From IMG/VR virus record IMGVR_UViG_3300032093_000026: 64,000 bases of DNA. One strand, given 5' to 3'. The position numbers were made by a program, and so were the translations under genes. The notes under the pieces are model-generated. The model saw nothing but the letters and a program-made list of their open reading frames with translations, ran no database searches and had not been told where the DNA came from. This document shows, piece after piece, positions 39,945-50,059 of the stretch. Each line of letters begins with the position of its first letter. The first letter of the stretch is position 1. Source of the stretch: an uncultured virus (IMG/VR IMGVR_UViG_3300032093_000026) (Duplodnaviria; Heunggongvirae; Uroviricota; Caudoviricetes).

Positions 39945-42692
39945 TTATTTCTTCTTACTCTTAGATTTTGTATCGTATTTATTTTTATTTTCTTTTGCAA
40001 TCTCAAGTTGTTTATTTGCGACTTCTTTTTGAACTGACAACTTTTGTTTTTCCACTTCAAGTTTTTGATCACTTTGCAACTTATCTGTTAAATGGCTTTC
40101 TCTTTTTAAATTCATTTCATCACGATAGCGTTGTTCACTTTGAATTTTTGCAAGTGCGTCAATATAGTCAGATTGTTGATTTTCGTCAATATCTGATCCA
40201 GCACCATAACCAGCTGCTCTAATTTCTGCAACAGTGATATCTTTTTCTCTATCTTTTTCAGACTCATCAGCTTTAAATTGCAGTTGCATTTGAATTTGTT
40301 TTTCTTGAGCAGCCAATTGTTCTTGTTGCATTTTTTCTTCATGAGCTCTTTCTTGCTCTTTAAGTTTTTGCATCTTCTCTTCTGTTGATTTAAGAACATT
40401 TGTAAGCTCAGCCATAGACTCTGCTTTAATAATATTACCTAAATCAAATATTGAAGCACCCGTTGTGTTATTTTGAACAGCTAATTGTTTTAGTTGTTCC
40501 ATAACAGCACGAGTGTTTGTTTTTGTTGTACAGAATATATTAAGTTCTCTCATTAGTAAATCTGTACCATTTATCTCAAAATTCATTTTTTCATCTGCTG
40601 TAGTTATATATTGAAGTCTTACAGATGGTTTTTTAGAATGATAATACTGAGCAAGATCTGTACGCATCTGATGTACGCGAGGCATTAAGTTATCACTATG
40701 CTGTATAAAGTATTGTTCTGTTTGTGCATAGCTGGCATTCATAGCTTGCTCAATACCAGTGGCTGTTTGTTGTTGTGCAATAGGCTGACCCATCCTTTGA
40801 GGATTTAAACCTATCACTTCAAAAGCTTGTTGTTTAAAATATGTCGCCAGTTGGATACGCGACATCAAACGCTGTGTCTGTTCAAGATTCAACACTTGAT
40901 AGTGTTGGAATGATAATGGATTTTCTGTATTGGTAATTGTAGTATCAAGAGGCAGCATCTGAAAGTTTTTCATTGCTACATATGCTTTAGCTAAATTATT
41001 CTTACCCCAATCTTCACCCAAAGAGTGACGAGGAAGAGCATTTTGATCAAGCATAATCACTGTACCAAGTTCATCTACAAGAATATCTGCTATCTGATTA
41101 TTTACAATGTTATAACCAATCTGATATGGTTTCATCAAGTCTACAAGACTAATAGACCTTGTATTACGATCACCAAAAACAGCACCTTCTACTGGAAGCT
41201 TGCATCCATAAATACTACTATCACCTTTAAATTGAAAAGGTATTCTACCTGGTCTTCCACCACTTAATCCAAGATATATAGGATTAATACCTCCAGGATT
41301 ATTTACACCCCAGAATGCAGGACGATTAGGACCTATCTTAACCCCACCCCACACTTCATTAATCCAAATCCAATCTACATGTTCACCATAGGTTAAATTG
41401 TCTTTACTTTTTTGTTTGTAAACAGAGGTATTATAAATAGGTTTATCTGTCACTTTGAAATCTTCACTTACAATTTCTTGTATAATTTCACCATCTTCTG
41501 TAATCTTTGTAAGATGTCCCACTTTACGTTGAGACTTCCAATACACTTGAGTTACACGTAACATATGAGACTTACCAAAATCTTGCAAGTCTTCAGAATC
41601 AGAAAGAATCCATTCTGCTATATCACCTGTACCAAACTTAGCATCATATAAAGAAGTAAATTGACGATATGCAAGTGATGGCATTTGTGTATTCCATTCA
41701 TGAGATCTTGTAGGATCATAGTATGTACCATCATTTTGATAACCTGAAACAGCATAACCTGCAGAACGTACAGGATATATTACCTCTAATGCTTCAAGTT
41801 GGTCTTGTGTCATCATCCAACCAAACTTATCTATTACATCAGATACACTCATCATATCTATCTTACCTACCCAGTTACCTTGAGATATATAACGCACATC
41901 TGGTGATTTGTGATAGAATGTAAGAAGAGGATTCCATAACTCAATATCATAGTCATCTTCCATTAACTTAAGATGCCAAAATTCTCTATCAGTAATAAGC
42001 ATATCACGAAATGCCATCTCTTCTAATTCATCCATTCTAAATCTTTCCTCATCAACACGCATTTGATGCGTAGCCCATTGCTCAATAACTGATCTATAAT
42101 CTTTTTTAAAGAATTGTTCTATTTCAGGAAGTGTTTTTAGATTATCAGGACTCATTGCTTGTTGACCTTCTTCAGAATCCATTTCAATACCTTCTTCAGA
42201 CATACGAGCTAAAATTTTATTTCTAGCATCTTCAAGAAGAGTGACCTCTAACATTTCTCTTTTTTTCTCCAACATCTCATTGTACGAATATTCATCAACA
42301 GCTCTATACATTATTCTAGAAGCTCTTTTTGAAAATTCATTTGATAATACATTAATTACATTTGGAATAATTGGATAGAACTTAAGCTCCAAAGCTGATG
42401 CATCTTCTTTTGTTAATACATCTATCAAATCAGCCATCTCATTATTTTCTTCAATGATATAATCTGATCTATCTATAATACCTCTAGCAAGTTTGTAATT
42501 TTTAGAAAGTCTGCGTGAGTTTCTGCGTAATTGTTTCATACCTTGAAACTCTAGCCAATCTAAGTTCCAAGCACGCCATTGTTCATCTTTATCTCTTTCA
42601 GGAAGAAATTGAATAGGCTGGGTGAGAACACCCATCTTATTGTATTCTACCTTTTTACCAGCTTTGAGATCTAGGGCATTATATATTTGCAT
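39945..42692 (-). CDS. Portal protein
   Basis: 915 aa after TerL; YPIIPNVINVL, SLVDLMKPYQ..YN and a C-terminal coiled coil. Confidence 0.88.
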   Translation of the reverse strand: MQIYNALDLKAGKKVEYNKMGVLTQPIQFLPERDKDEQWRAWNLDWLEFQGMKQLRRNSRRLSKNYKLARGIIDRSDYIIEENNEMADLIDVLTKEDASALELKFYPIIPNVINVLSNEFSKRASRIMYRAVDEYSYNEMLEKKREMLEVTLLEDARNKILARMSEEGIEMDSEEGQQAMSPDNLKTLPEIEQFFKKDYRSVIEQWATHQMRVDEERFRMDELEEMAFRDMLITDREFWHLKLMEDDYDIELWNPLLTFYHKSPDVRYISQGNWVGKIDMMSVSDVIDKFGWMMTQDQLEALEVIYPVRSAGYAVSGYQNDGTYYDPTRSHEWNTQMPSLAYRQFTSLYDAKFGTGDIAEWILSDSEDLQDFGKSHMLRVTQVYWKSQRKVGHLTKITEDGEIIQEIVSEDFKVTDKPIYNTSVYKQKSKDNLTYGEHVDWIWINEVWGGVKIGPNRPAFWGVNNPGGINPIYLGLSGGRPGRIPFQFKGDSSIYGCKLPVEGAVFGDRNTRSISLVDLMKPYQIGYNIVNNQIADILVDELGTVIMLDQNALPRHSLGEDWGKNNLAKAYVAMKNFQMLPLDTTITNTENPLSFQHYQVLNLEQTQRLMSRIQLATYFKQQAFEVIGLNPQRMGQPIAQQQTATGIEQAMNASYAQTEQYFIQHSDNLMPRVHQMRTDLAQYYHSKKPSVRLQYITTADEKMNFEINGTDLLMRELNIFCTTKTNTRAVMEQLKQLAVQNNTTGASIFDLGNIIKAESMAELTNVLKSTEEKMQKLKEQERAHEEKMQQEQLAAQEKQIQMQLQFKADESEKDREKDITVAEIRAAGYGAGSDIDENQQSDYIDALAKIQSEQRYRDEMNLKRESHLTDKLQSDQKLEVEKQKLSVQKEVANKQLEIAKENKNKYDTKSKSKKK

Positions 42693-42787
42693 GACTCTTA
42701 ATTGTTATATTATATCTAATATTATAAGTAGTTGTCGTATAAAATGAGACAACTGACCAATCTGAAATTGTAACATTCACTTTAAAA

Positions 42788-44983
42788 CTATCTAAGATTT
42801 TTGAATGGGCTTCTTGGCTGTGCATATGCTGACGGTTTAAATTTAGATTGTCCAATATGTCTAAATGGCCCCCAATCTAATTTACTAATTTTTTGGGGTT
42901 TTTCCAACTTTTCATTATACTCAATTCTTTTAGCAAGACCTCTATTAGATTGTTGCACTTTAGCAAAAGCTACAAGTGCGCAGAAAGATACAAGTCTATC
43001 CACATTTAGACCTTCTCTATAATCTTTCATTTCTTTAAGAAGCATAGGATCTGGAATGCGCTCCACGCCATATATAGTCTTAACAATTGTACCATCTGGA
43101 AGTGTTTCGTGATCAAGTTCTTCTTGTAAAAATTCTACACCATAAGATAAGAGATTACCTTTAAACAATGTACCTACGTTTTTCCAACCATATTGTTGAA
43201 ACACATTTCTATTAGCTCCAAGATCTTTAAGAAACAATATCATATCTTTTGGTACAAGATAGCGTTGTTTCTTTTTAGATATCATGTATTGAATAAATAA
43301 TGCCACGTTATTTTCTACAATAGTCCAAGCATTATACCATTCAATCATTAATTCTAACCGTTCATGTGTTTTATTAATATCATCAAACCTACCACACCAA
43401 CTAGCAACAATCTTATCACGCTCTATTGAATTTTTAACATCTCCATTACCATTATCTTGTATTATTTCTACAGCATTCTTAAGAATGTATATAGAACAGA
43501 GAGATTCAGATGTTGTTGTCTTACCTTCACCTACAGGATCTATACTTGCATAATACATCCCAAATGTTGGATTGCTAACAGGACGTTCGTACACACATAT
43601 CACTCCTTCTTTATCTTCTGTATTTTTCTTAATTGGAAACTCCATAATAGGAGTTTTTCTAGATTGTTTATCTACTATTTTACCTTCAGCATTTCTACTA
43701 AGTTCTAAATACTCAACTGAATAAAGTTTATCATTTATTCTTTGAAGTTGTTTGGTTACAAGATGAGAAGGAAAAACACTCACCTTTCTTGTAGCAAACG
43801 CTTCTTCTATATTACGAGGATGCTGAGATATTGTAAGTTGATAAGCTTCTGGGGCAAGTTTCTTTTTAGCTTTTTCAAACTCTTCATCTAAAGCTTTTAG
43901 TGCTTCTTCTACTAATGAATTACCATAATCATCTATATATGGAGGCATACTCCATTGCTCAGGAATAAAAAGTCCTGTTACACCTATTGTACCATCACCA
44001 TCTAAAAGATTACTTTCTACAGCAAAGAATCCATTCTCATCTGGATTTAGAATATACTCCTTCATAGGTTCACACTGATCCAAGTCACCCACTGAACCTG
44101 CTGCTATAAACTGACCAGTGATAATATGACCTGATTTAAGTGCAGGTTTCATAAACCCATATGTATCATCCATCTTTGGTGCGATACCAGCTTCCTCATG
44201 AAAGAAATAAGTTACAGGTCCACCCACACCATGTGTAGGATCTTTCTCAAATGAATAAAGATTAATAGTAGACTTATTACCTTTAAAGGTGTCCCTACCA
44301 TTAATCCTCACTTTAATTTGTTGTTGCCATGCACCCACCTTATCAGGTTCAGCAGGTCTATACCATGCAGTATGTTCATTAAGAAAGTTTCTATATTCAT
44401 TTAAAAACTTCCAAGAACCTTTTTCATTTATATAGTCTTTAAGACTTGCACCTATCTTTAACACAGCACCATCTTCAAACCAATACTGATTTATAAGTTT
44501 AGCCATATGAAAGTATGATGAAGCTATCTGACGTTTCTTTAGAATAATAGCATGCTTCCAGTTTAGTTCAGCTAAATGTTCATAGAGAGCCATATGATAC
44601 TGTGCGTCACGAACCTTTGCAAAATCAAAACGCTTTTCTTCTTTATCATAGATGGGAAGAAAATTAAGCCACATGTAATAGTCTCTAGAAATATACCAAG
44701 TGTTCGTATTAGAATGTACTATTATTCCTTTACGACATTTATTCTTTTGGTCATCCCAATAGTTTATAAAGTCTTTTGTTTTAAGAGGAGCATCACAATA
44801 GTATCCCTGCTTTTGAAACTTACGTGCTTCTGCATTAAATATACGTGTAGTTTCATCAAAGTTGTACGTACCAGGTTCTTTAAAAAGTGATTGTAAAAAA
44901 TCTTTAAATTCCTCTCTTGTTTGAAAAGCTGTAACAGACCACGTCCCATTTTTGTATGTTGGTACTTCTATAAAATTATCCAT
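42788..44983 (-). CDS. terL: Terminase large subunit
   Basis: LKKRQIASS (Walker A variant), FFHEEAG (Walker B), and SIDPV, ENN and DR nuclease motifs. Confidence 0.92.
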   Translation of the reverse strand: MDNFIEVPTYKNGTWSVTAFQTREEFKDFLQSLFKEPGTYNFDETTRIFNAEARKFQKQGYYCDAPLKTKDFINYWDDQKNKCRKGIIVHSNTNTWYISRDYYMWLNFLPIYDKEEKRFDFAKVRDAQYHMALYEHLAELNWKHAIILKKRQIASSYFHMAKLINQYWFEDGAVLKIGASLKDYINEKGSWKFLNEYRNFLNEHTAWYRPAEPDKVGAWQQQIKVRINGRDTFKGNKSTINLYSFEKDPTHGVGGPVTYFFHEEAGIAPKMDDTYGFMKPALKSGHIITGQFIAAGSVGDLDQCEPMKEYILNPDENGFFAVESNLLDGDGTIGVTGLFIPEQWSMPPYIDDYGNSLVEEALKALDEEFEKAKKKLAPEAYQLTISQHPRNIEEAFATRKVSVFPSHLVTKQLQRINDKLYSVEYLELSRNAEGKIVDKQSRKTPIMEFPIKKNTEDKEGVICVYERPVSNPTFGMYYASIDPVGEGKTTTSESLCSIYILKNAVEIIQDNGNGDVKNSIERDKIVASWCGRFDDINKTHERLELMIEWYNAWTIVENNVALFIQYMISKKKQRYLVPKDMILFLKDLGANRNVFQQYGWKNVGTLFKGNLLSYGVEFLQEELDHETLPDGTIVKTIYGVERIPDPMLLKEMKDYREGLNVDRLVSFCALVAFAKVQQSNRGLAKRIEYNEKLEKPQKISKLDWGPFRHIGQSKFKPSAYAQPRSPFKNLR

Positions 44984-45218
44984 TGATAAGTTTTTCTACT
45001 TCTAAAGGATCGCCTTTAAGTCTATATAAAAGTTCTTTTAAATCAGCTATATTTTTACTTTTTAAACATCTTTCACAGTCTTGTTTATCCCAATATTTAT
45101 TGTAATCGTCTCTATGTATAGCCACCCACAATTCTGTAAATGGATTAAAATGAAATATCCAATTATACATAAATGAGTTTCCTACATAGTTGGGTTCATA
45201 ATCTTGATATGCTTCCAT
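44976..45218 (-). CDS. Hypothetical protein
   Basis: Start set at MEAYQD because the longer ORF overlaps a tRNA. Confidence 0.6.
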   Translation of the reverse strand: MEAYQDYEPNYVGNSFMYNWIFHFNPFTELWVAIHRDDYNKYWDKQDCERCLKSKNIADLKELLYRLKGDPLEVEKLING

Positions 45219-45232
45219 AATAAATAATTTAG

Positions 45233-45350
45233 CTGTAGGGGTAGGATTCGAACCTACACGTTGACTATTCTCAACAAAAAGCTTATTTCTGTGGAGAATA
45301 CTCAACACTATCGAGACAAGATAGCGTGTCTGCCATTTCACCACCCTACA
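45233..45350 (-). tRNA. Atypical tRNA-like RNA, anticodon GTC (Asp), ~50 nt variable arm
   Basis: Acceptor TGTAGGG/CCCTACA, D-arm GTG-AAATGGCAGA-CAC, anticodon arm CTATC-TTGTCTC-GATAG, T-arm GTAGG-TTCGAAT-CCTAC. Confidence 0.75.
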
Positions 45351-45497
45351 ATATTGCAACTTTTGTAACAAAAGTCAGTGAGAGTTGCCAACTCATCCAG
45401 CTTACGATCTGGCTCTCCTGGGTCAGCTGTGCAAGACATGAAGTCTATTCTGAGAGCTGTGAGAGGAACTACGATCTAGTGGCCTACTAGCACTTTG

Positions 45498-45569
45498 TTG
45501 CGAGGGTGGGAATCGAACCCACGACCTTGAGCTTATGAAACTCACGAGCTACCTCTGCTCTACCTCGCG
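45498..45569 (-). tRNA. tRNA-Met(CAT)
   Basis: Cloverleaf CGCGAGG..TTCATAA..TTCGATT..CCTCGCA-A. Confidence 0.9.
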
Positions 45570-45574
45570 AAATA

Positions 45575-46087
45575 TTATTGATCATACGCAAGATTTTGAC
45601 CACCTCTCACTGTCGATTGTTGTTCCTCTTCCAAATCTCGAAGTGTGCCTTTAAAGCTCTGGCGTATTTGTTCAAATTTTGATGCTGCGTTAACAAGTGC
45701 TGTAATGTTACCGTCTCTGCCATGCTCAATTTCTGTAGTCTCCATGTATTTAGCAAGCCTATCCAACATGCTCTTGATACCAGCATAAGCTCTGTACGTT
45801 GGTGTTTCGTATAACTTTTTACACATTTTAAGACCATTAACAATACAATCTTCATCAGTAGAAAAGTCAACGTCAATTTCTTTAAGAATAAGTTCTTCTT
45901 TTTCATGTTCTGGTACATCAAAAAAAGGGTTTACATCTGGACTAGGACAAGTCATGTAAAACAAATAAGCATATATTTTTAAATACTCATCTGGAAACTC
46001 ATCCATTATGTCCTTTAAAAATTTAAGTGTATAACAATGTTCTGTTACTACCACCTTTCCATTTTGTATATCAAATAATCTGATCAT
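45575..46087 (-). CDS. Conserved helical protein, possible terminase small subunit
   Basis: 170 aa upstream of TerL; ends STVRGG. Confidence 0.4.
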   Translation of the reverse strand: MIRLFDIQNGKVVVTEHCYTLKFLKDIMDEFPDEYLKIYAYLFYMTCPSPDVNPFFDVPEHEKEELILKEIDVDFSTDEDCIVNGLKMCKKLYETPTYRAYAGIKSMLDRLAKYMETTEIEHGRDGNITALVNAASKFEQIRQSFKGTLRDLEEEQQSTVRGGQNLAYDQ

Positions 46088-46277
46088 CTTTTAATTTTAT
46101 ATATATGTCACTATTAACTGGGAGTGCTAGTGAGTTATGATGATATAATATTTTACCATCATTTGAAAAACCTGTAACTACAACTATATCTCCTTTTTTA
46201 ACATGACATAATAATTTAGTTCCTAATCTATCACAAGTTATTAAAAGTTTATCACCTATTTTTAACTTGTTTGTCAT
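46071..46277 (-). CDS. Hypothetical protein
   Basis: 68 aa, overlap-coupled to neighbours. Confidence 0.5.
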   Translation of the reverse strand: MTNKLKIGDKLLITCDRLGTKLLCHVKKGDIVVVTGFSNDGKILYHHNSLALPVNSDIYIKLKDDQII

Positions 46278-46471
46278 TTTGTTAAATCAAGAGTCGCGTT
46301 AAAATGTATTTTAATTTGATCACTTCTATAATGTCTTACATGACCTCCATCACATAAAACAACACACCATATATCATTTTCAAATGTCCCACCATTAGTT
46401 ACATATATAGCATACCCTTCTTTATTACCTTCTACTATAACAGGCATGGGATTTTTAAATTCTAACATCAT
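46274..46471 (-). CDS. Hypothetical protein
   Basis: 65 aa, ATGA overlap. Confidence 0.6.
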   Translation of the reverse strand: MMLEFKNPMPVIVEGNKEGYAIYVTNGGTFENDIWCVVLCDGGHVRHYRSDQIKIHFNATLDLTK

Positions 46472-46695
46472 ATAAGACTATTATTTTTTAATAGATCTCT
46501 TCTAGCTGATTGATTAGACATGCCGCGCAATATTGATTGATTTTTTAAATCAAGATTGTGTATCCAACTCACTTTATTCATAGCTTTATCACGCTCTGTC
46601 ATATAATACTTACGAGCTTGTTGTGTCATATCTAATGTACCTGCATCAAATGCATCTAGCACTTCAGCAAGTGTAGGTATTTTTTCTTGTTCCAT
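46468..46695 (-). CDS. Hypothetical protein
   Basis: Likely start MEQEKIP. Confidence 0.5.
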   Translation of the reverse strand: MEQEKIPTLAEVLDAFDAGTLDMTQQARKYYMTERDKAMNKVSWIHNLDLKNQSILRGMSNQSARRDLLKNNSLI

Positions 46696-46696
46696 G

Positions 46697-47068
46697 TTAT
46701 ACAGAATATAAAATTGATAATGCGTGAAGTCTTCCTGCTGCATCAAATAAATACTTTATTGCTTCAGGTTCTTTACGCTTTGCATATTCAAGTTCAAGTT
46801 TTGACGAGTGTTCTAATAAACCACTAATCATATTTAAGTCTTCACTATTCACTTTATCTTTAAGATAGTCTAAAAGATTTTCTGCAAGTGCCCACATTGT
46901 AGCACACTTACCTTGTGGATATACATCTTGTGATAAGTCTTTTGCAGCATCTGCTAATAACTCAGACATTTGTAAGTAAAGCTTTGACACTCTTTCTCTT
47001 TGCTCTATGTCTGTTTCTTTTTTATGTTGTGCTATTGTCACAAACATTTTTATTACGTCAAACCACAT
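46697..47068 (-). CDS. Hypothetical protein
   Basis: 123 aa, helical. Confidence 0.55.
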   Translation of the reverse strand: MWFDVIKMFVTIAQHKKETDIEQRERVSKLYLQMSELLADAAKDLSQDVYPQGKCATMWALAENLLDYLKDKVNSEDLNMISGLLEHSSKLELEYAKRKEPEAIKYLFDAAGRLHALSILYSV

Positions 47069-47898
47069 TATGTTTTTGGTTTTAATTTATGTCTATTATC
47101 TGTTAACCAGTTTATAAGAGATGTAACCTCTTCTTTTAAATAAGGTAGATCGTATTGCACTACATCTGTGACAATAGGATTGCCAGAAGTATCAAGAGCA
47201 GATATAGGATTATCAAAACGGTCTCTTCCTGCTTCTTGAAATAGAATGTGATGGATTGTAATATTACCTGGCTTAAGCTTAGGATTATGCTTAAGAATAA
47301 TAAACATATACATGCTAAGCTGCAAAGTATAGTGATTAAGGTTACAATCGTCAAGATGGCTGACAGGAGGAGACATTTTTTGAGTGACACCTTCCCAGTT
47401 AGTATATCCTTCAACTTTAATTTCTTTATTAGTTTTATAATCAGTGATGTGTACTACACCATTTACCACTTCAACTAAATCAGATTGACCACATATGCCA
47501 GCAGATTTTAAATACACCATATGTTCTGGATAGACACCATCTGTTAGCTTTTGTGTTGGTGAATGTTTAATCCCATCAATTTCGATGGGTTTAAACACTT
47601 GTATTGTACTACCATGTCTTTCCATATTTTCAAAAGAACATATATCAGTTTCTCTACAATTATGATACCATGTTCCAAGTGTTGTTGCTCTATTAGCTTC
47701 AGCTTTCCAAGCTGCTTTAATTTCTTCAGGTGTCATTCCATACCACTTGCTCTTTCTACTTTTAGCAGACTTAGCAGCTATTGTATCAGCATCAAAAGGT
47801 TGCTTAAAGTTAGATATAAAACTTGTAACACTAAGCCAATCAGTACCATCTTCACTTATATATTTATGTTTCTCTGGTAAAAATCTTAGTATACTCAT
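47068..47898 (-). CDS. PD-(D/E)xK (Cas4/RecB-like) exonuclease
   Basis: SVTS, GTWYH, GQSDL, ITDYKT and YTLQLSMY motifs. Confidence 0.85.
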   Translation of the reverse strand: MSILRFLPEKHKYISEDGTDWLSVTSFISNFKQPFDADTIAAKSAKSRKSKWYGMTPEEIKAAWKAEANRATTLGTWYHNCRETDICSFENMERHGSTIQVFKPIEIDGIKHSPTQKLTDGVYPEHMVYLKSAGICGQSDLVEVVNGVVHITDYKTNKEIKVEGYTNWEGVTQKMSPPVSHLDDCNLNHYTLQLSMYMFIILKHNPKLKPGNITIHHILFQEAGRDRFDNPISALDTSGNPIVTDVVQYDLPYLKEEVTSLINWLTDNRHKLKPKT

Positions 47899-48227
47899 AA
47901 ACCTAATTTTTGATTTAGTTTATCTTCCTCTTCTTCTGTAAGAATAGCTTCCCACTTACCAAGAGGACAATCAGAACTTAGAGCCCTAGTTTTTAAACTA
48001 AGACTACATCCACAACCACCTTTCTTTTCATTACAACACGGCTGGGTTCCTGGCACCATACATCCTTCACCTTGCACATCTAGAAGATCACATTCTTGAC
48101 AAATCTGCATTCTGTGTTGTGCAATTTCTTCTACATCTTCTCTTTTAAATATAGAGTTGGTAATTCCTTCAAGAATTGCTCCCTTGCTCTTCCATATCTT
48201 TATTATGTTTTTTCCTAGACTTGACAT
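47895..48227 (-). CDS. Cys-rich metal-binding protein
   Basis: R..IC..C...CGC.L..KTR....CP.GKW. Confidence 0.65.
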   Translation of the reverse strand: MSSLGKNIIKIWKSKGAILEGITNSIFKREDVEEIAQHRMQICQECDLLDVQGEGCMVPGTQPCCNEKKGGCGCSLSLKTRALSSDCPLGKWEAILTEEEEDKLNQKLGL

Positions 48228-48591
48228 TAGCTTTAGTTTTATGTAGTTTAATAAAATCTTTTCTCTGGCTTTCTTCTTGTATAAGTTTGTTTAAATTTTT
48301 TAAATCAAAAAGATTTTCAGCCACTTTAAATCTAGCTGTTATTTGTTGTAAACCTTTTTGTTTATTTGTTTCTTCCCAAGCTTCTAGAGATTTTATTTTA
48401 TCTTCAATTTTCCAATGCTTAATTGTAAAATCTCCAAGGTTTGTTATATGTATTCTAGAATGTTTTAAACCTGATAAACTTTTTCTCACTTCAGCCCAAT
48501 AAAAAGATACAACAGCATTTATTAAATCTTCACTATGTAATGTTATCTCAGCTGTTGGTTTAATAAGATCTTTAGCTTTCTTTGGGTTCAA
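48169..48591 (-). CDS. HU/IHF-like DNA-binding protein
   Basis: Helix-helix followed by IHITNLGDFTI. Confidence 0.55.
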   Translation of the reverse strand: MNPKKAKDLIKPTAEITLHSEDLINAVVSFYWAEVRKSLSGLKHSRIHITNLGDFTIKHWKIEDKIKSLEAWEETNKQKGLQQITARFKVAENLFDLKNLNKLIQEESQRKDFIKLHKTKANVKSRKKHNKDMEEQGSNS

Positions 48592-48943
48592 TACTTAAAA
48601 ATTTAAAATTTAAAAGAATGTTTCCTTTAGAATGAACATTTAATATAGGGTTGATTGCAATCTTCTTTTTGTTCTTTCCTTCTTTTACAATCATTCCTTT
48701 TTTTTCTAGTTTTGTTAAACAGTTTCTAGCACTTTGAGCTGATGAAAATATTTTTCTATCGTGTATAATATTACACAATGTAGTGAGCTCTTGCTCACCA
48801 TTAATTGCTAAATATGTTAAACAATCTAATTCAGCTTCACTTAGATGTACGTATGATAAAAAACAATGTGTGACAATTTGATATTTTACTATCTCCTTTT
48901 TGTCAATCATCACCTTCTTATCTACTTGATTTACTACAGCCAT
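48572..48943 (-). CDS. Winged-HTH DNA-binding protein
   Basis: LSEAELDCL...SARNCLTKLEKKGMIVK...INP. Confidence 0.6.
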   Translation of the reverse strand: MAVVNQVDKKVMIDKKEIVKYQIVTHCFLSYVHLSEAELDCLTYLAINGEQELTTLCNIIHDRKIFSSAQSARNCLTKLEKKGMIVKEGKNKKKIAINPILNVHSKGNILLNFKFLSIEPKES

Positions 48944-49374
48944 TACAAATCAATTTTAAAAAAAACATAATCTTCTTTTGTTCCACCCCAGTTTTGGTAA
49001 GTGAGTATTTCTTCACCACCAAAGTTTTGAAACACTTTCCAGCTAGCACCTTTACGTGCTTCACCAGTTAAATACTTATAATTAGAATTAGTCCCCCACT
49101 CTACAGCTAATCTTACAAGTTCATGACCTAACCCCTTAGATCTATGAGATGGTAGTACTGTGAAACTTTCTACATGTACAACATTATCTGATTGCCATGT
49201 TAATACTATTTCACCCACTAATTCATTCTTATCTCTAAGCCATATTCCCTGAATTTTTTCATCTTCATGGAACATGTACATTTTATAGGAAGGTTCCCAT
49301 CTTAAAGCAGGTGGGTGTTCTCTCTCAAATTTAAAAGTTTCTTTGTAGTCTTTTAACTTATAGAGGGGGGACAT
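48943..49374 (-). CDS. GNAT acetyltransferase
   Basis: VLPSHRSKGLGHEL acetyl-CoA binding motif A. Confidence 0.85.
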   Translation of the reverse strand: MSPLYKLKDYKETFKFEREHPPALRWEPSYKMYMFHEDEKIQGIWLRDKNELVGEIVLTWQSDNVVHVESFTVLPSHRSKGLGHELVRLAVEWGTNSNYKYLTGEARKGASWKVFQNFGGEEILTYQNWGGTKEDYVFFKIDL

Positions 49375-49378
49375 ATTC

Positions 49379-49705
49379 TTACTTTTTCAAAGATCTGGAT
49401 TTCTTTTCTTCAACTGGTTCTTCGGATTTAAGTACTTCATCTCCTACTTTTAAACCAGCCTCAACAAGCTCAGGATTATTTTCTAAATCCTCTTCAGTGA
49501 GTTTATGTGGTGTTCCACGTGGAACATCTTGACTTGGGTTGGTAAGATTTGCAATAAAGTTTAAAGCCTGAAGTTCTTCAGCTCTACCTTTTGCTAAAGT
49601 GGTGTTCAAATTCTGAAGTTTAACTTGTACTTCTTTAACTTCAATTTGCTCGTTAAGAAAAGTGATTAACTCTTCTTTGGTTGGGACTTTTTGTTCTTCT
49701 GACAT
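49379..49705 (-). CDS. Hypothetical protein
   Basis: Coiled coil plus a LTEEDLENNPEL..AG.KVGDEV module. Confidence 0.6.
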   Translation of the reverse strand: MSEEQKVPTKEELITFLNEQIEVKEVQVKLQNLNTTLAKGRAEELQALNFIANLTNPSQDVPRGTPHKLTEEDLENNPELVEAGLKVGDEVLKSEEPVEEKKSRSLKK

Positions 49706-49723
49706 AATTGTGGGTTTTTATAA

Positions 49724-50059
49724 TTAAAGATCTATATCATCATCGCCTGGTAAAAGATTTGGTGGCTCTTGATCACCAAACTGATAGAAAGTACTATCTA
49801 TATAATCAGTCCATTTAGCTACCATCTCTTCATATGGTGTATCTAAAATAAACGTCTCTCCTTGTGTTGTAAATATAACAGCACAATTAAATGACTCCTC
49901 ATCTCTATTATCTGTTGCCATTTTAATAGTGGTAATTATACCCATATCAATAGCAAATGGAAGCCATTTACCTGGATCATCTTTAATACCCATAGCTTCT
50001 CTTTCCATTAAGCTCATTGTATAACAATGCACTTTACATCTGTGAATCATACTTTTCAT
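49724..50059 (-). CDS. Hypothetical protein
   Basis: 111 aa. Confidence 0.55.
   Translation of the reverse strand: MKSMIHRCKVHCYTMSLMEREAMGIKDDPGKWLPFAIDMGIITTIKMATDNRDEESFNCAVIFTTQGETFILDTPYEEMVAKWTDYIDSTFYQFGDQEPPNLLPGDDDIDL

Noticed and set aside
45219..45371. N-terminal extension of ORF 44976-45371
   Set aside because: It overlaps the tRNA-like gene; the ATG at 45218 is the better start.
45400..45497. Theta/HDV-like ribozyme after tRNA-Met
   Set aside because: A TCCTC loop-like sequence is present, but I could not build P1, P2 and P3 by eye.
47068..47898. Cas4 of a CRISPR-Cas system
   Set aside because: No other cas genes or array, and no C-terminal Fe-S cysteine cluster; it is a solo phage exonuclease.
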